From positions 1,056,001-1,120,000 of the forward strand of contig OY764265.1 in the NCBI GenBank assembly GCA_963668355.1: 64,000 nt of DNA. Reading direction: 5' to 3'. Of this stretch, positions 50,853 to 62,097 are shown one piece after another; position 1 is the stretch's first letter; each line of letters starts with the position of its first letter. The DNA comes from Bdellovibrionota bacterium (GTDB lineage Bacteria; Bdellovibrionota_G; JALEGL01; DATDPG01). Below the pieces are notes generated by a model. It did not search any database. It had not been told where the DNA came from and saw only the letters and a program-made list of their open reading frames with translations. The translations under genes and the position numbers were made by a program.

Positions 50853-51646
50853 ACCATCCAAAAAGCAAAGAATGGGCTGCTCACGTGGTTTCCAATAAAG
50901 ATTTGGGGGCAAAATACGGCCTCATCAGCCTTCGGCTCCCCAAGGCGTTTCCTCGTGTGAAGGCTGGGAGTTTTTGTATGCTTTCGACGGGAGGCTCCAG
51001 AGAGGTGCTTTTGCGTCGACCGATGGCCTTCTTTGACGTACAGAAAAATTCAACCTTTACGTCGGTGCAGATTCTTTATCGTGTCGTGGGAAGAGGAACC
51101 CGGCTCCTGGCGGGAGTGGAGAAAGATTCAGAGCTGTCACTTTTGGGCCCTATTGGAAACTGCTTTTCTAAGCCTAAAACAAAAGAACATTATTTGGTCG
51201 CTGCGGGAGGAATCGGCATTTCGCCCTTTCTTCTCTGGGGAAGACAGCTAAGCGAGGCTCAGCACAAGCGCGTCCGAGTTCTTTTCGGTTTCCCGACAGA
51301 AGACCACACTTCGCTGGTGAAACTCTACAAGCGGGTGGGCTTAAAACCCATATGCGCCGTGGAAAAAGCAAAAACTTCTTTCCAAGGAACGGTCCTGGAC
51401 TTATTGAAAAAAGAATTCGAAAGCGCCCCGGCTCAACGCATCTTGACGTGTGGACCGGAGGCCATGATGGAGGCCGTCAAAGACTTCTGCCGCGTAAAAG
51501 GAATCCCCTGCGAGGTTTCATTGGAAGCGAAGATGGCATGTGGGATGGGTGTGTGTTTGAGCTGTGTGACTTCCTGTCAGGCCAAGAATGGCGGACCTCA
51601 GGCGCTGGTCTGCCAAGACGGTCCGATCTTCACCTTCCCCTCCTAA
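50849..51646 (+). CDS. pyrK: Dihydroorotate dehydrogenase electron transfer subunit
   Basis: LRRPM, GPIGN, GGIG, CGPE and MACGMGVCLSC..C.DGP. Confidence 0.9.
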   Translation: MNHPKSKEWAAHVVSNKDLGAKYGLISLRLPKAFPRVKAGSFCMLSTGGSREVLLRRPMAFFDVQKNSTFTSVQILYRVVGRGTRLLAGVEKDSELSLLGPIGNCFSKPKTKEHYLVAAGGIGISPFLLWGRQLSEAQHKRVRVLFGFPTEDHTSLVKLYKRVGLKPICAVEKAKTSFQGTVLDLLKKEFESAPAQRILTCGPEAMMEAVKDFCRVKGIPCEVSLEAKMACGMGVCLSCVTSCQAKNGGPQALVCQDGPIFTFPS

Positions 51647-51783
51647 GCTGAGACAAAGATCCCTGCCGCGAAGAGCAAACGTAGAAGGCCCTCTAATCAT
51701 TGACGAAAACGGCGTAAACGTTTAGGAATAGAGAGTGAGTTGAATTTCGGTAAGCAGCCGCATAGGTTGTGAGGAGGCAGTTG

Positions 51784-51993
51784 ATGGCAACCGGAAAAGT
51801 AAAATGGTTCAACGATAAAAAAGGCTTCGGCTTTATTTTGAACGATAAGGAAGAAGATGTTTTTGTTCATTTTTCCGCGATTGAGGGAGATGGATATAAA
51901 ACGCTTCGTGAAGATGATGTCGTTGAATTTGAATGCGAACAGGGCCCCAAGGGATTATTTGCGGCCAAAGTAACCAAACCCGCTCAAGCCTGA
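51784..51993 (+). CDS. Cold-shock protein
   Basis: GKVKWFN..KGFGFI and DVFVHFSAI. Confidence 0.95.
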   Translation: MATGKVKWFNDKKGFGFILNDKEEDVFVHFSAIEGDGYKTLREDDVVEFECEQGPKGLFAAKVTKPAQA

Positions 51994-52031
51994 GCCTACA
52001 CCTGGCCGTTGGTTGCCGGGTTTGTTAAATC

Positions 52032-52361
52032 GTGATGCAATCCACCCAACAAGGTCAGTTTATCTTTGTATCTGTGGGCAGTGAGGAAAATGCTGCTCGG
52101 ATTACGCACACCTTGCTCGAACAAAATCTTGCGGCGTGCGTCAGTCGAATCCCTAAGGTGATTTCTGAGTACCGATGGGAAGGCGAATTGCATCGAGATG
52201 AGGAAATTCTTCTCATCATAAAAACACAAAAGAAACTTGTGGAAAGAGTAGAAGAACTGATTAAAAAGGTTCATACGTATGACGTTCCCGAAATTGTTTC
52301 GGTATGTTGGGAACAGGCCTCTGGCGAATATCTGGCCTGGCTCCTGAAGGAAACAGAATAA
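52032..52361 (+). CDS. cutA: Divalent-cation tolerance protein CutA
   Basis: LAACV, YRWEG and HTYDVPE. Confidence 0.92.
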   Translation: MMQSTQQGQFIFVSVGSEENAARITHTLLEQNLAACVSRIPKVISEYRWEGELHRDEEILLIIKTQKKLVERVEELIKKVHTYDVPEIVSVCWEQASGEYLAWLLKETE

Positions 52362-52379
52362 AGAAAGGAAAAGGAAAGA

Positions 52380-53420
52380 ATGAAGAAAGTAGGTGTATTG
52401 ACGGGTGGCGGAGACTGTCCGGGATTAAATCCAGCCATTCGAGGAATTTGCCGTCAGGCTCAATCAACGGGCCACACGGTTGTAGGCATTCGCCGGGGTT
52501 GGAAGGGTCTGTTGGAACAGGAAACAAAGGATCTGAACATCGCTGAAATTGATGAACTGCTTTATCAAGGGGGCACCGCCCTTCGCTCTTCACGAACCAA
52601 CCCATATAATGAAGAAGGGGGCCCGGAACGAGCCAAAAAGGCCATTCAAGACCTCGGACTGGAAGCCTTGATTGCCATTGGCGGAGAAGACACTCTGGGT
52701 GTCGCCTCGAAACTGGCTGCAGAAGGACAACCTGTCGTGGGATTGGCGAAAACCATTGATAATGACTTGGACGTGACCGACTTTACGTTGGGATTTCCTT
52801 CCGCGGTTGAAATCGCAACACAGGCGTTTGATCGCATTAAGACAACCGCTCAGTCACATGATCGCGTCATGGTGGTCGAAGTCATGGGACGTCACGCAGG
52901 TTGGTTGACCTATTATGCCGGTTTGGCTGGCGGCGCAGACGCCATTTTATTGCCGGAATTCCCCATGCCGATCCAGGAAGTCTGTGACATCCTCAAAAAG
53001 CTCGAAGCGCGAGGCAAAGAATACGCCATCATTGCGGTTGCCGAGGGAGCCAAAGTTTTGGATGACCAGGGCAAAGAAATTGCCATTCACTCCAAAGAAG
53101 CTGTGGATTCTTTTGGACATGTTCAACTGGGTGGAATTGGGGATTTTGTGAAAGAACTTCTCAAAAACCGAACCGGGAGAGATGTTCGATCAACCGTATT
53201 AGGTCATACTCAACGTGGAGGTTCTCCTTCCGCTTTTGATCGAATTCTTTCCACGGCCTATGGGGTTCGTGCCATGCAACTCGTTCAAAACAAAGAATAT
53301 GGAAAAATGCCGGCTCTGGTCGGTGGAAAAATTGAGACCGTTTCTCTCGCGAATGCGGTTGAGAAACTGAAACTGGTTCCCAAAGAGGCGTATGAATTAG
53401 CCAGAACATTCTTTGGGTAA
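52380..53420 (+). CDS. pfkA: 6-phosphofructokinase (group III, PPi-type signature)
   Basis: TGGGDCPGLN, GGEDT, KTIDND, EVMGR and LGHTQRGG. Confidence 0.92.
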   Translation: MKKVGVLTGGGDCPGLNPAIRGICRQAQSTGHTVVGIRRGWKGLLEQETKDLNIAEIDELLYQGGTALRSSRTNPYNEEGGPERAKKAIQDLGLEALIAIGGEDTLGVASKLAAEGQPVVGLAKTIDNDLDVTDFTLGFPSAVEIATQAFDRIKTTAQSHDRVMVVEVMGRHAGWLTYYAGLAGGADAILLPEFPMPIQEVCDILKKLEARGKEYAIIAVAEGAKVLDDQGKEIAIHSKEAVDSFGHVQLGGIGDFVKELLKNRTGRDVRSTVLGHTQRGGSPSAFDRILSTAYGVRAMQLVQNKEYGKMPALVGGKIETVSLANAVEKLKLVPKEAYELARTFFG

Positions 53421-53429
53421 TCTCAAAAT

Positions 53430-53807
53430 ATGAGTGAGGAAACTCGAAATTTATTATTGATCGCGTTGGCGACCTCCACGGTCGCCACGCCCCTCCTCGT
53501 TGGTGCCATACGAAAGCAAATTCCCAAAGAAGTTCTTTTACGATGGGCAGCTCCCTTGATGGGTGCAACATTTTTGATGGTCGTCGGAATCCGACTCATG
53601 GACCAACACCTTGATCCCACATGGAAGTTGGTGGGGTCCTTGCTTTTCGGTTTCGTGTGGTGTGTGTCGGGCGTGTTGGTCATTTTTCGAAAACCTCACC
53701 GCTTTCGAGCCTTAGATCCCACCGTCCGCGCCCAAAAAATTCTGGGCTTAATGCTTCTCGTTTTTGGCATCCTCTGGCTCGCCGCTTCCGTCTTTCGTTT
53801 TGGATAA
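53430..53807 (+). CDS. Small membrane protein
   Basis: Four hydrophobic segments in 125 aa. Confidence 0.65.
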   Translation: MSEETRNLLLIALATSTVATPLLVGAIRKQIPKEVLLRWAAPLMGATFLMVVGIRLMDQHLDPTWKLVGSLLFGFVWCVSGVLVIFRKPHRFRALDPTVRAQKILGLMLLVFGILWLAASVFRFG

Positions 53808-53838
53808 AACGACCTAAATTTTTTTAAATCTGAAAATA

Positions 53839-54353
53839 AGCGCAACATCCGTCGCGCATGAGTTTCGTTCCGGACATAAAGTGAGCCGAGGAGATTTTGT
53901 GGGAGGGTCCTGACGTTGTGGGGCCCATCCCCTTGCGGGCGGAGGACCGTCCTCAGGCGATTCGTCCCACAACGCCACCCTTTCAACATTTCCAAGGTAA
54001 CTTTAAAAACATCTCTCACAAAAAAGGTGTCTCCGTTTGAATGAATGATTTCAAGCGAGGGGAGCGAGATAAAAGAATTACTCATGACGAAAAGCGAATC
54101 TGAGGAAGAGTCTCTCCGCGCCTGTGAAGAGAGCCCAAAGACCTCGTGAACGGAAGGTAGGGGAAACGGAGACGACCTGCGGCAAGCTATGCTTGACGCT
54201 GGGCGGACAACGAGGGGCCCCGCCTGCAGTGATCGTAGTCTTTGGAGCGAACGTAACCCGAAGCGGAGAGACTCTTCCTCAGATTTGCTTCCCTTAAACG
54301 TAGCTGTTCTTAACAACGATTTCGGAGTCCTCTTGCGCGACGAATGTCGCGCT
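53839..54353 (+). mobile_element. Non-coding element bounded by 20-bp palindromic inverted repeats, copy 2 (contains rod element copy 2)
   Basis: agcgcaacatccgtcgcgca (53839-53858) and tgcgcgacgaatgtcgcgct (54334-54353); homologous to 11013-11436; mobility is inferred. Confidence 0.65.
54092..54290 (+). repeat. Rod-like palindromic element, copy 2
   Basis: 28-bp inverted repeat 54092-54119/54263-54290 (27 Watson-Crick + 1 G-T); inner stem 54135-54142/54238-54245; core shared with 3071-3133. Confidence 0.85.
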
Positions 54354-54366
54354 TTTTTATTTCAAA

Positions 54367-57300
54367 CTAAGCGAAATGAATTTTGGTTTGGGGGCCGAGG
54401 AGGGTGTTTAGGTCTTGGACCATTTCATTTGTCGGTGCCACAAAAAAATCTCGTGAAAGGGCAATCACCGTTTCGCTTTTTCCGGGAATTCGAAAATGCA
54501 AAATGGTCGGACACTCTCCTTTATATCTTCCAAATAACTCTTTGAGTTCTTGAAGATTCGTTGGATTCAAGAGCGTTGCGTCGACAGAAATATGCACTTT
54601 TCCACTAAACAATTCGTGCGCTTTTTCCAACTCTGCCACATTGGACACCAAAATTTTGGCCTGGTCTTCACCAATGTCCAATTTCCCGGTCACAAAAATC
54701 GGGGCGTCACCTTTGATCAACTCTCCGTACAGACGAAAGGGTTCAGCAAAAACGACCAACTCAACGCTTCCCGAGAGATCCTCTAACGTCGCAAACGCCA
54801 TGCGATCGCCTTTTCGCGTATTGATCTCTTTGACCGAGGAAATCATTCCCCCAACCCGGGCTGTGCTCTGATCTCTCAATTCCTTTAAACTACCTGCATC
54901 GGAGTTGGCATATCGCTTGAGAACATCGGTGTAACGAAGCAAAGGGTGGCCTGTGATATAAAACCCCACGGAGTCTTTCTCATATCGCAGACGTTCGGTT
55001 TCTTCCCACTCCGGAGCCTCACGATATTCTAATTTGGAGACAACCACACCGGACTGTTCCCCGAACAGATTTTCTTGACCCACCAACCGATCTTTTTGGG
55101 CTTGGTGTGCTGCCTCCATAGCCATTTCCAAAGAGGCCATCATTTTGGCCCGCATTCCGCCCGTCGAATCAAAGGCGCCACACTTGATCAGAGATTCAAT
55201 CACGCGTTTATTTACTTTTCTCAAATCAATTCGTTCACAGAAATCAAATAAATCTTCAAAGGGCCCAGACTTTTCACGAGCGGCAATGATCACTTCGATG
55301 GCACCATCCCCAACATTCTTCACAGCACCCAACCCGAATCGAATTTTTCCCTTGATGACTGAAAAGTCGTGGTGGCTTTCATTCACATCCGGCGGCAAGA
55401 CTTCGATGCCCTGGGCCCGACAATCATTTAAAAGCAAGACGACACGATCCGTATTGGCGCGGTCAATGGACAGACACGCAGCCATGAACTCCACAGGATA
55501 GTGAGCTTTCATGTATGCGGTTTGAAATGAAATCATAGCATAGGCCGCCGAGTGACTTTTATTGAAGCCATATCCCGCGAACTTCGCCATTAGGTCAAAA
55601 ATCTTTTTGGCTTTGGCCTTCGGAAACTTATTGGTTTCGCACCCACTCAAAAACCGTTGTTCCTGCTTGTCCATCTCTTCGGCAATTTTCTTACCCATGG
55701 CGCGACGAAGCAGGTCGGCTTCTCCCAGGCTATAACTCGCCAAGGCCGAAGCAATTTGCATGACTTGCTCTTGATAGAGAATGACGCCGTAGGTGTCTTT
55801 TAAGATGGGTTCAAGCTCTGGAAGGTCGTAAACAATGGGCGTTCGCCCATGTTTTCGGTTGATGAAGTCATCGACCATGCCCGAGCCCAAAGGCCCCGGT
55901 CGGTACAAAGCCACCAAAGCAACGATATCTTCAAATTGAGAGGGTTTCAGTTTTGCAACCAGATCGCGCATCCCTGAAGATTCCAACTGAAAAACCCCTT
56001 GTGTGTCTGCACGACTCAGGAGTTCAAATACTTTCGGGTCGTTCATGTCCACCGTTAGGAGATCAATCTTTTCACCGTGGGTTCGCTCGACCAATTTTAC
56101 GGCTCGATCCAAAAGTGTCAGTGTTTTCAACCCCAAGAAGTCAAACTTGATCAGCCCGACCTTTTCGACGCCCTTCATGTCCCATTGGGTGACAACCTCA
56201 TCATGTTGGCCTTTGTACAGAGGCACATGTTGAGCAAGAGGTCGGTTATCTGAAATCACGACTCCCGCCGCATGAACTGAAGCGTGTCGGGTCAATCCTT
56301 CCAGGCGAAGGGCAATGGTCAAAAGTTCATCCACCTTGGCGTCTTTTTTGCGAAGTTCGTCGAACTTTTCTTCTTTCTTAAAAGCCTCTTCCAAGGTGAT
56401 ATTCAGAATGGAAGGAACCAACTTCGCAATGCGATCCACCTCACCATAAGGCATTCCCAAGACCCGACCCACATCCCGCAAAACGGCTCGGGCTTGCATT
56501 TTTCCAAAGGTGGTAATCTGTGCCACGCGACGATCAAACACATCTGCATCACCGTTATATTTCTCCGCCACATACTTGATCACTTCATCTCGCCGATCTT
56601 GACAAAAGTCGACATCAATATCTGGCATGGAAATACGTTCAGGATTTAAAAATCGTTCGAACAATAAATTATATGGAATGGGATCGACGTCGGTGATGCG
56701 TGTAGAATAAGCCACCAAACTTCCTGCAGCAGATCCTCGTCCCGGCCCCACGGGAATCTTTTGGGCTTTCGCAAAATTGATGAAATCAGAAACAATTAAG
56801 AAATACCCCGAGAAACCCATCTCTTTAATGGTTTTTAGCTCTTTCTCTAGGCGACTTTCATACTTTTCTTGAATCCCCTCCTTCGATTGCCCTGCCCGTT
56901 CATAAAAAGCAAAAATTTGGGGCAGCCTTTCTTTGAGACCCTGATGGGCAAATTCAACCAAATGCTCGTCGAGTGTTTTTCCCTCCGGTGGGGAAAAATC
57001 CGGCATATAGTATTTTCCGGTTTCCAATTCAACGTTGCACTTTTCAGCAACTTCCAGCGTGTTTTTCAAAGCTTCTGGGTAATGAGAAAACAGCTCCTCC
57101 ATTTCCTCAGCAGATTTGACGTAATACTGCTCCCCGGAATATTTCATGCGATCTTGATCTTGAATGGAGGCTCCCAAGCCAATGCACAAAAGCGCATCAT
57201 GCGCTCGTGCATCCTCTTTTCTCAAATAATGGCTATCGTTGGTCGCCACCACGGGTATAGAAAGTTTTTCTGAAAGTTCTATGAGCCCCTCATTCACACG

Positions 57301-57843
57301 ATGCTGATCGGGCAACCCATGGTCCATAAGTTCCAAGTAGTAATTTCCTTCGCCAAAAATTTCCTGGAACTCTTTGGCCGATTTTTCGGCCGACTCGGGT
57401 TGGCCATCTCGAAGAAAGCGTGAGGGAACACCGCTCAAACAACCTGAAAGAGCCAGTATTCCTTCATGGTATTCACGCAGAATCTCGCGATCAATCCGAG
57501 GTTTGTAATAAAAACCTTCTAAATTCGCCAACGTGATCAATCGAAAAAGATTTTCCAATCCACCTTTGTCTTTTGCCAAAAGCGTTATGTGATTGAGGGG
57601 GTGCTGCGTAGATTTTTCCTTACGATGTCCTTGAGTTAAATAAGCCTCTACCCCCAAGATGGGTTTGATTCCGGCCTTTTTCGCCGTGAGATAGAACTCT
57701 AAGGTTCCATGTAAATTTCCATGGTCGGTAATGGCCACGGAGCTCATTCCCAACTCTTTCGCTCGATCAACCAAGCCCTGTGCGGTAATTGCGCCGTCTA
57801 ATAAGGAGTATTGGCTATGCAGATGTAAGTGAACAAACTCCAT
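54367..57843 (-). CDS. dnaE: DNA polymerase III alpha subunit
   Basis: FVHLHLHSQYSLLDG, GRGSAAGS, PDIDVDF and YGFNKSH. Confidence 0.98.
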   Translation of the reverse strand: MEFVHLHLHSQYSLLDGAITAQGLVDRAKELGMSSVAITDHGNLHGTLEFYLTAKKAGIKPILGVEAYLTQGHRKEKSTQHPLNHITLLAKDKGGLENLFRLITLANLEGFYYKPRIDREILREYHEGILALSGCLSGVPSRFLRDGQPESAEKSAKEFQEIFGEGNYYLELMDHGLPDQHRVNEGLIELSEKLSIPVVATNDSHYLRKEDARAHDALLCIGLGASIQDQDRMKYSGEQYYVKSAEEMEELFSHYPEALKNTLEVAEKCNVELETGKYYMPDFSPPEGKTLDEHLVEFAHQGLKERLPQIFAFYERAGQSKEGIQEKYESRLEKELKTIKEMGFSGYFLIVSDFINFAKAQKIPVGPGRGSAAGSLVAYSTRITDVDPIPYNLLFERFLNPERISMPDIDVDFCQDRRDEVIKYVAEKYNGDADVFDRRVAQITTFGKMQARAVLRDVGRVLGMPYGEVDRIAKLVPSILNITLEEAFKKEEKFDELRKKDAKVDELLTIALRLEGLTRHASVHAAGVVISDNRPLAQHVPLYKGQHDEVVTQWDMKGVEKVGLIKFDFLGLKTLTLLDRAVKLVERTHGEKIDLLTVDMNDPKVFELLSRADTQGVFQLESSGMRDLVAKLKPSQFEDIVALVALYRPGPLGSGMVDDFINRKHGRTPIVYDLPELEPILKDTYGVILYQEQVMQIASALASYSLGEADLLRRAMGKKIAEEMDKQEQRFLSGCETNKFPKAKAKKIFDLMAKFAGYGFNKSHSAAYAMISFQTAYMKAHYPVEFMAACLSIDRANTDRVVLLLNDCRAQGIEVLPPDVNESHHDFSVIKGKIRFGLGAVKNVGDGAIEVIIAAREKSGPFEDLFDFCERIDLRKVNKRVIESLIKCGAFDSTGGMRAKMMASLEMAMEAAHQAQKDRLVGQENLFGEQSGVVVSKLEYREAPEWEETERLRYEKDSVGFYITGHPLLRYTDVLKRYANSDAGSLKELRDQSTARVGGMISSVKEINTRKGDRMAFATLEDLSGSVELVVFAEPFRLYGELIKGDAPIFVTGKLDIGEDQAKILVSNVAELEKAHELFSGKVHISVDATLLNPTNLQELKELFGRYKGECPTILHFRIPGKSETVIALSRDFFVAPTNEMVQDLNTLLGPQTKIHFA

Positions 57844-57922
57844 TGAAGAGTCCTGGATACGAGATCCCGCTCATTCAGGCAACACAAAAGTAAAACGGGA
57901 GAGGTTTTTATTTTTTTGCGAA

Positions 57923-59449
57923 TCATTCCCACTCAATGGTGGCAGGAGGCTTACTGGAGATGTCATACACAACACGATTGATGCCTCTCACTTCATTGAT
58001 GATCCGATTGGAAACTTTGGCCAAGAATGAATGAGGCAACTCTGCCCAATCGGCGGTCATTCCATCATGGCTCACAACCGCTCGAAGCGCGCAGACATTT
58101 TCGTACGTTCGCTCATCTCCCATGACCCCCACAGAGCGCACCGGAAGGAAGGTTGCAAACGCCTGCCAAACCTCGTCATACAGTCCAGATCGACGAAGTT
58201 CATCCATAAAAATTTCATCGGCCGCTTGCAAGACGCTTACGCGTTCTGGAAGGATCTCTCCGATGATCCTCACCGCAAGGCCAGGACCGGGAAAAGGATG
58301 TCGATTGAGAAGATCGGGTTTTAATCCCAACTCCTTTCCCAAACTTCGAACCTCATCCTTAAAAAGTTCTCTTAAGGGTTCGATTAATTTCAAGTTCATG
58401 CGTTCCGGTAATCCCCCCACATTGTGATGACTTTTGATCATCGCGGAGGGTCCCCTCATAGAAACCGATTCTATGACGTCTGGGTAAAGGGTTCCTTGGG
58501 CCAAGAAACTGGCATCGTCGATGGTTTTGGCTTCTTCTTCAAATACATCGATGAAAACGTTTCCAATAATTTTACGTTTTTTTTCTGGATCTTCGACACC
58601 CCTCAATGCCGATAAGAAGCGGTTTTTTGCATCAATCACACGAAGATCTACATGAAAGAAATCCAAAAAACTTTTCTCGACTTCCTCTCGTTCGCCACGC
58701 CTTAGCAAACCTGTATCCACAAATACCGCCGTCAATTGTTTGCCCAGGGCTTTGTGCAAAAGAAGGGTCACAACCGATGAGTCCACGCCTCCAGACAACC
58801 CACAAATCACATGATGATTTCCCACCCTCTCTCGAATTTCTTTGATTTGAGTGGTGATGAAATGACTCATGGTCCACGTGGGGTTCGCCTTACAAACGTT
58901 AAATAAAAAATTGCGAAGAAAGGTCTTTCCAATCTCGGTATGGGTGACTTCCGGATGAAACTGAACGCCGAACTGTCTTCCTTCTTCATTTTCAATGGCG
59001 GCAAAGGGAGAGTTGTCAGACGTGGCCAGAACACGAAAACTCTCTGGCAATTCTTCAATCCGGTCTCCATGGCTCATCCAAACGATGGGAGCTTCTTGTT
59101 CAATTTCCTCAAACAAGACATGCTGAGATGGAATCTTCAATTCCGCCCGACCAAATTCTCTTTCTTGTGCCGGCTCTACTTTTCCGCCAGCCGCATGAAC
59201 CAAGAGTTGGGCCCCATAACAAATTCCCAAGATGGGAACTTTCCAAGATAGGATCTCTTCTTGCAAATGAGGAGCTTCTCCGGTGTACACCGACGCCGGG
59301 CCTCCAGACAAAATGACGCCCTCACATTGGGGTTCATACGAAGAAAGCTTCGCATCGAAAGGAATGATCTCACAATACACCTCTTGCTCCCGAATTCGTC
59401 GGGCGATGAGTTGCGTATACTGCGAGCCGTAATCCAGTATGAGAATCAT
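57923..59449 (-). CDS. guaA: GMP synthase (glutamine-hydrolysing)
   Basis: LDYGSQY, GICYG, SGGVDS and KPPATIEWE. Confidence 0.98.
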   Translation of the reverse strand: MILILDYGSQYTQLIARRIREQEVYCEIIPFDAKLSSYEPQCEGVILSGGPASVYTGEAPHLQEEILSWKVPILGICYGAQLLVHAAGGKVEPAQEREFGRAELKIPSQHVLFEEIEQEAPIVWMSHGDRIEELPESFRVLATSDNSPFAAIENEEGRQFGVQFHPEVTHTEIGKTFLRNFLFNVCKANPTWTMSHFITTQIKEIRERVGNHHVICGLSGGVDSSVVTLLLHKALGKQLTAVFVDTGLLRRGEREEVEKSFLDFFHVDLRVIDAKNRFLSALRGVEDPEKKRKIIGNVFIDVFEEEAKTIDDASFLAQGTLYPDVIESVSMRGPSAMIKSHHNVGGLPERMNLKLIEPLRELFKDEVRSLGKELGLKPDLLNRHPFPGPGLAVRIIGEILPERVSVLQAADEIFMDELRRSGLYDEVWQAFATFLPVRSVGVMGDERTYENVCALRAVVSHDGMTADWAELPHSFLAKVSNRIINEVRGINRVVYDISSKPPATIEWE

Positions 59450-60922
59450 TTACAGATCCGAACGATAGTTGGGGGCTTCCTTGGTCACGGTGACATCGTG
59501 CACATGGCTTTCCCTCAAGCTAGCTCCAGAGATTTTGACAAACTTGGCCTTCTCTCGAAGCTTGGCCAAGCTTTCGGCGCCCACATATCCCATGCCAGCT
59601 CGTAAGCCTCCCATCAATTGATACACCGTGGTGGAAAGGCCTCCTTTATATGCCACCATTCCCTCAACCCCTTCGGGAACCAATTTTCCCAAATTGGGGT
59701 CCTGATTTTGACCTTGAAAATATCGATCGGCCGAACCGGCTTTCATGGCCCCCAAAGAGCCCATTCCCCGATAGGTTTTATAGGTACGCCCCTGATACAA
59801 AATTGTTTCTCCGGGGGCTTCTTCGGTCCCCGCGAACAAGGAACCAATCATGACGGTTTCGGCTCCGGCAGCCAACGCTTTAACCATGTCTCCAGAAAAA
59901 CGAATGCCTCCATCGGCAATTAAGGGGAGGCCCGCTTTTTGGGTCTCCTTAGAAACCTCCATGACCGCCGTGAACTGAGGAACGCCAATCCCCGCGACAA
60001 TTCGCGTGGTACAGATGGATCCAGGTCCAATCCCGACTTTAACCGCGTCAATCTCGGTTCGAATCAGGGCTTTGGCTGCGTCCGCCGTTCCCACATTCCC
60101 CGCGATGATTTGAACCTCCGAAACTTGCTTTCTAAGTCTCTCCACAAACTGAAGGACCTTCTGGGAGTGACCATGAGCTGTGTCCACAACCAACACGTCT
60201 GCTCCGGCCTTGACCAAAGCTTCGGCCCGCTCCAGATCTTCCTCTTTGGCACCCACCCCGGCTCCCACGCGCAAACGACCGTGTTCGTCTTTACAAGCAT
60301 GCGGAAATTCCAGGGCCTTTTTGATGTCTCGAATGGTGATGAGCCCCCTCAAGGAACCATCCTCCGCCACCACGGGCAGCTTTTCGATGCGATGACGATG
60401 GAGAATCTCTTTGGCTTGCTCCAACGTAATTCCTTCCGGAGCCGTCACAAGCTTTTCGCTGGTCATGACATCCGAAACACTTAAATCCATGTTTTTCTCG
60501 AATTGAAGATCCCGATTGGTCAAAATCCCCACCAGTTTTTGACCTCGAACGACGGGAATTCCGCTGATTTTGTGCTTGGTCATCAAGCCAATGGCCTGGA
60601 TGACGGAGGAATCTGGATCAATCGTAATCGGATCTGTGATCAAACCGCTTTCGGATTTTTTAACCTTCCGGACCTCCTCCATTTGTTGAGAAATGGACAT
60701 ATTGCGATGAACAATGCCAATACCCCCCTCTTGAGCCATGCGGATGGCCAGGGCGGACTCCGTCACCGTATCCATCGCAGCCGACACCAAGGGGATTCGA
60801 AGATTGATCTTTCGGGTCAACCGGGTGCTAAGATCCACCTCATGAGGCAAAATCTCGCTGGATTGCGGCAAAAGAAGAACATCATCAAATGAATAGGCCT
60901 CTGAAAAGCGTTCGGTCGTCAT
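59450..60922 (-). CDS. guaB: IMP dehydrogenase
   Basis: [12 protein letters not shown] pair, [11 protein letters not shown] and YRGMGS. Confidence 0.98.
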   Translation of the reverse strand: MTTERFSEAYSFDDVLLLPQSSEILPHEVDLSTRLTRKINLRIPLVSAAMDTVTESALAIRMAQEGGIGIVHRNMSISQQMEEVRKVKKSESGLITDPITIDPDSSVIQAIGLMTKHKISGIPVVRGQKLVGILTNRDLQFEKNMDLSVSDVMTSEKLVTAPEGITLEQAKEILHRHRIEKLPVVAEDGSLRGLITIRDIKKALEFPHACKDEHGRLRVGAGVGAKEEDLERAEALVKAGADVLVVDTAHGHSQKVLQFVERLRKQVSEVQIIAGNVGTADAAKALIRTEIDAVKVGIGPGSICTTRIVAGIGVPQFTAVMEVSKETQKAGLPLIADGGIRFSGDMVKALAAGAETVMIGSLFAGTEEAPGETILYQGRTYKTYRGMGSLGAMKAGSADRYFQGQNQDPNLGKLVPEGVEGMVAYKGGLSTTVYQLMGGLRAGMGYVGAESLAKLREKAKFVKISGASLRESHVHDVTVTKEAPNYRSDL

Positions 60923-60987
60923 AACGATTAGTTGCGGCGAAATTTAGGGGAAAGCTGTATATAGTCAAGCGTTCGTCAAAGAAAGCT

Positions 60988-62097
60988 GTGAAACGAGAAG
61001 AGAAAATCAGAATCGCCGATGAGACTTTTTGCGAAATCTTCCATGATTTCAACTTCTTCCACTTTTTAAACCCCACCAATCAAGAGGAAGAGAAAGATCG
61101 CTTTTTTCAAGCTTGGGAAGAGGGAGAAGTGTATCACCCCCAATTCACGTATGACCCCCTTCCCGCCACACTGGACAGCCATTTAAACCAGCTGGAGTCC
61201 CTAAGCTTGGGGGACACGCACTTGGAAGCCTGTTATGAGAAAACCCGCCAAGAGTTGATTCAATCCATACATGCGCTTCAGTCCCGTGGAACCCCAGAAA
61301 TCACAAAGTTTTCCAATCGTTTATTCGGAATTCCATCTACTCCACTGGTCGAGAAGGCCATTCTTCTTTTAAAGCGCAGAAATACTGAATCTAAGGACGC
61401 CGCCCCCATGATGGGCGTGAAAGGAATTCAGGAATTGTTCCGGGAACGTCTTCGAGAGGATCGTTTGGAAGGATGGGATGTGGTTGAAGACCGTTCCAAT
61501 GTCGACTTTGTCCAAATTGACTGGGCGCATCATAAGATTCGCCTTCAATCCGGAATGATTGTTTCCGAAAAAATGGCCAGAAGGATTCTCCAACATGTCA
61601 TCGGAGCCAAAATTTATCGAACCGTAAATGGAGAGCGCCAACCCTTCAAATGTTTTGCCCTGGGGTTTCAAGGATATTTAGAGACCGATGAAGGTCTTGC
61701 CGTGGAGCTGGAAGAGGCCTCCGGTCTTTTGACTCCTGGAATCTCCCGAGCTTATGCCGGTCGATTGATCGGTGCGGCGCGATCGGCCAATGCCTCTTTT
61801 TTTCAAGTCTTTAAAGATCTGACGTCTTATTTTCTCCCGGATCAGGCCTATGATATTGCCGTTCGAAATAAACGAGGCTTGAACGACACGTCTCAACCCG
61901 GAGGTTTCCTTCAAGATCATCTCTATTTGCAGGGAAAAGAAAAAATTAAGCTTTTATCCGGTCCAGAAAAACGACTCCTTTACACAGGAAGAATTGGCAT
62001 TCATCATCTTCCTCTCGTGCAAGAGTTGCTTACACAGAAAAAACTGGTAGACCCTGCATTTGTACCGAGCGTATTCCATGGAAGAAACTACACTTGA
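60988..62097 (+). CDS. DUF1704 (QEGLA-motif / MATCAP-like) protein with degenerate HExxxH
   Basis: HVIGAK..R..NG..QP, TDEGLA and R.KRG..DTS.PGGF..D..YL.G. Confidence 0.75.
   Translation: MKREEKIRIADETFCEIFHDFNFFHFLNPTNQEEEKDRFFQAWEEGEVYHPQFTYDPLPATLDSHLNQLESLSLGDTHLEACYEKTRQELIQSIHALQSRGTPEITKFSNRLFGIPSTPLVEKAILLLKRRNTESKDAAPMMGVKGIQELFRERLREDRLEGWDVVEDRSNVDFVQIDWAHHKIRLQSGMIVSEKMARRILQHVIGAKIYRTVNGERQPFKCFALGFQGYLETDEGLAVELEEASGLLTPGISRAYAGRLIGAARSANASFFQVFKDLTSYFLPDQAYDIAVRNKRGLNDTSQPGGFLQDHLYLQGKEKIKLLSGPEKRLLYTGRIGIHHLPLVQELLTQKKLVDPAFVPSVFHGRNYT

Noticed and set aside
53696..54545. 206-aa and 118-aa ORFs as a possible transposase
   Set aside because: No HUH or DDE motifs; they are read-throughs of the non-coding repeat element and overlap real genes
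54367..57843. Intein in dnaE
   Set aside because: Normal length (1158 aa) and no intein motifs seen
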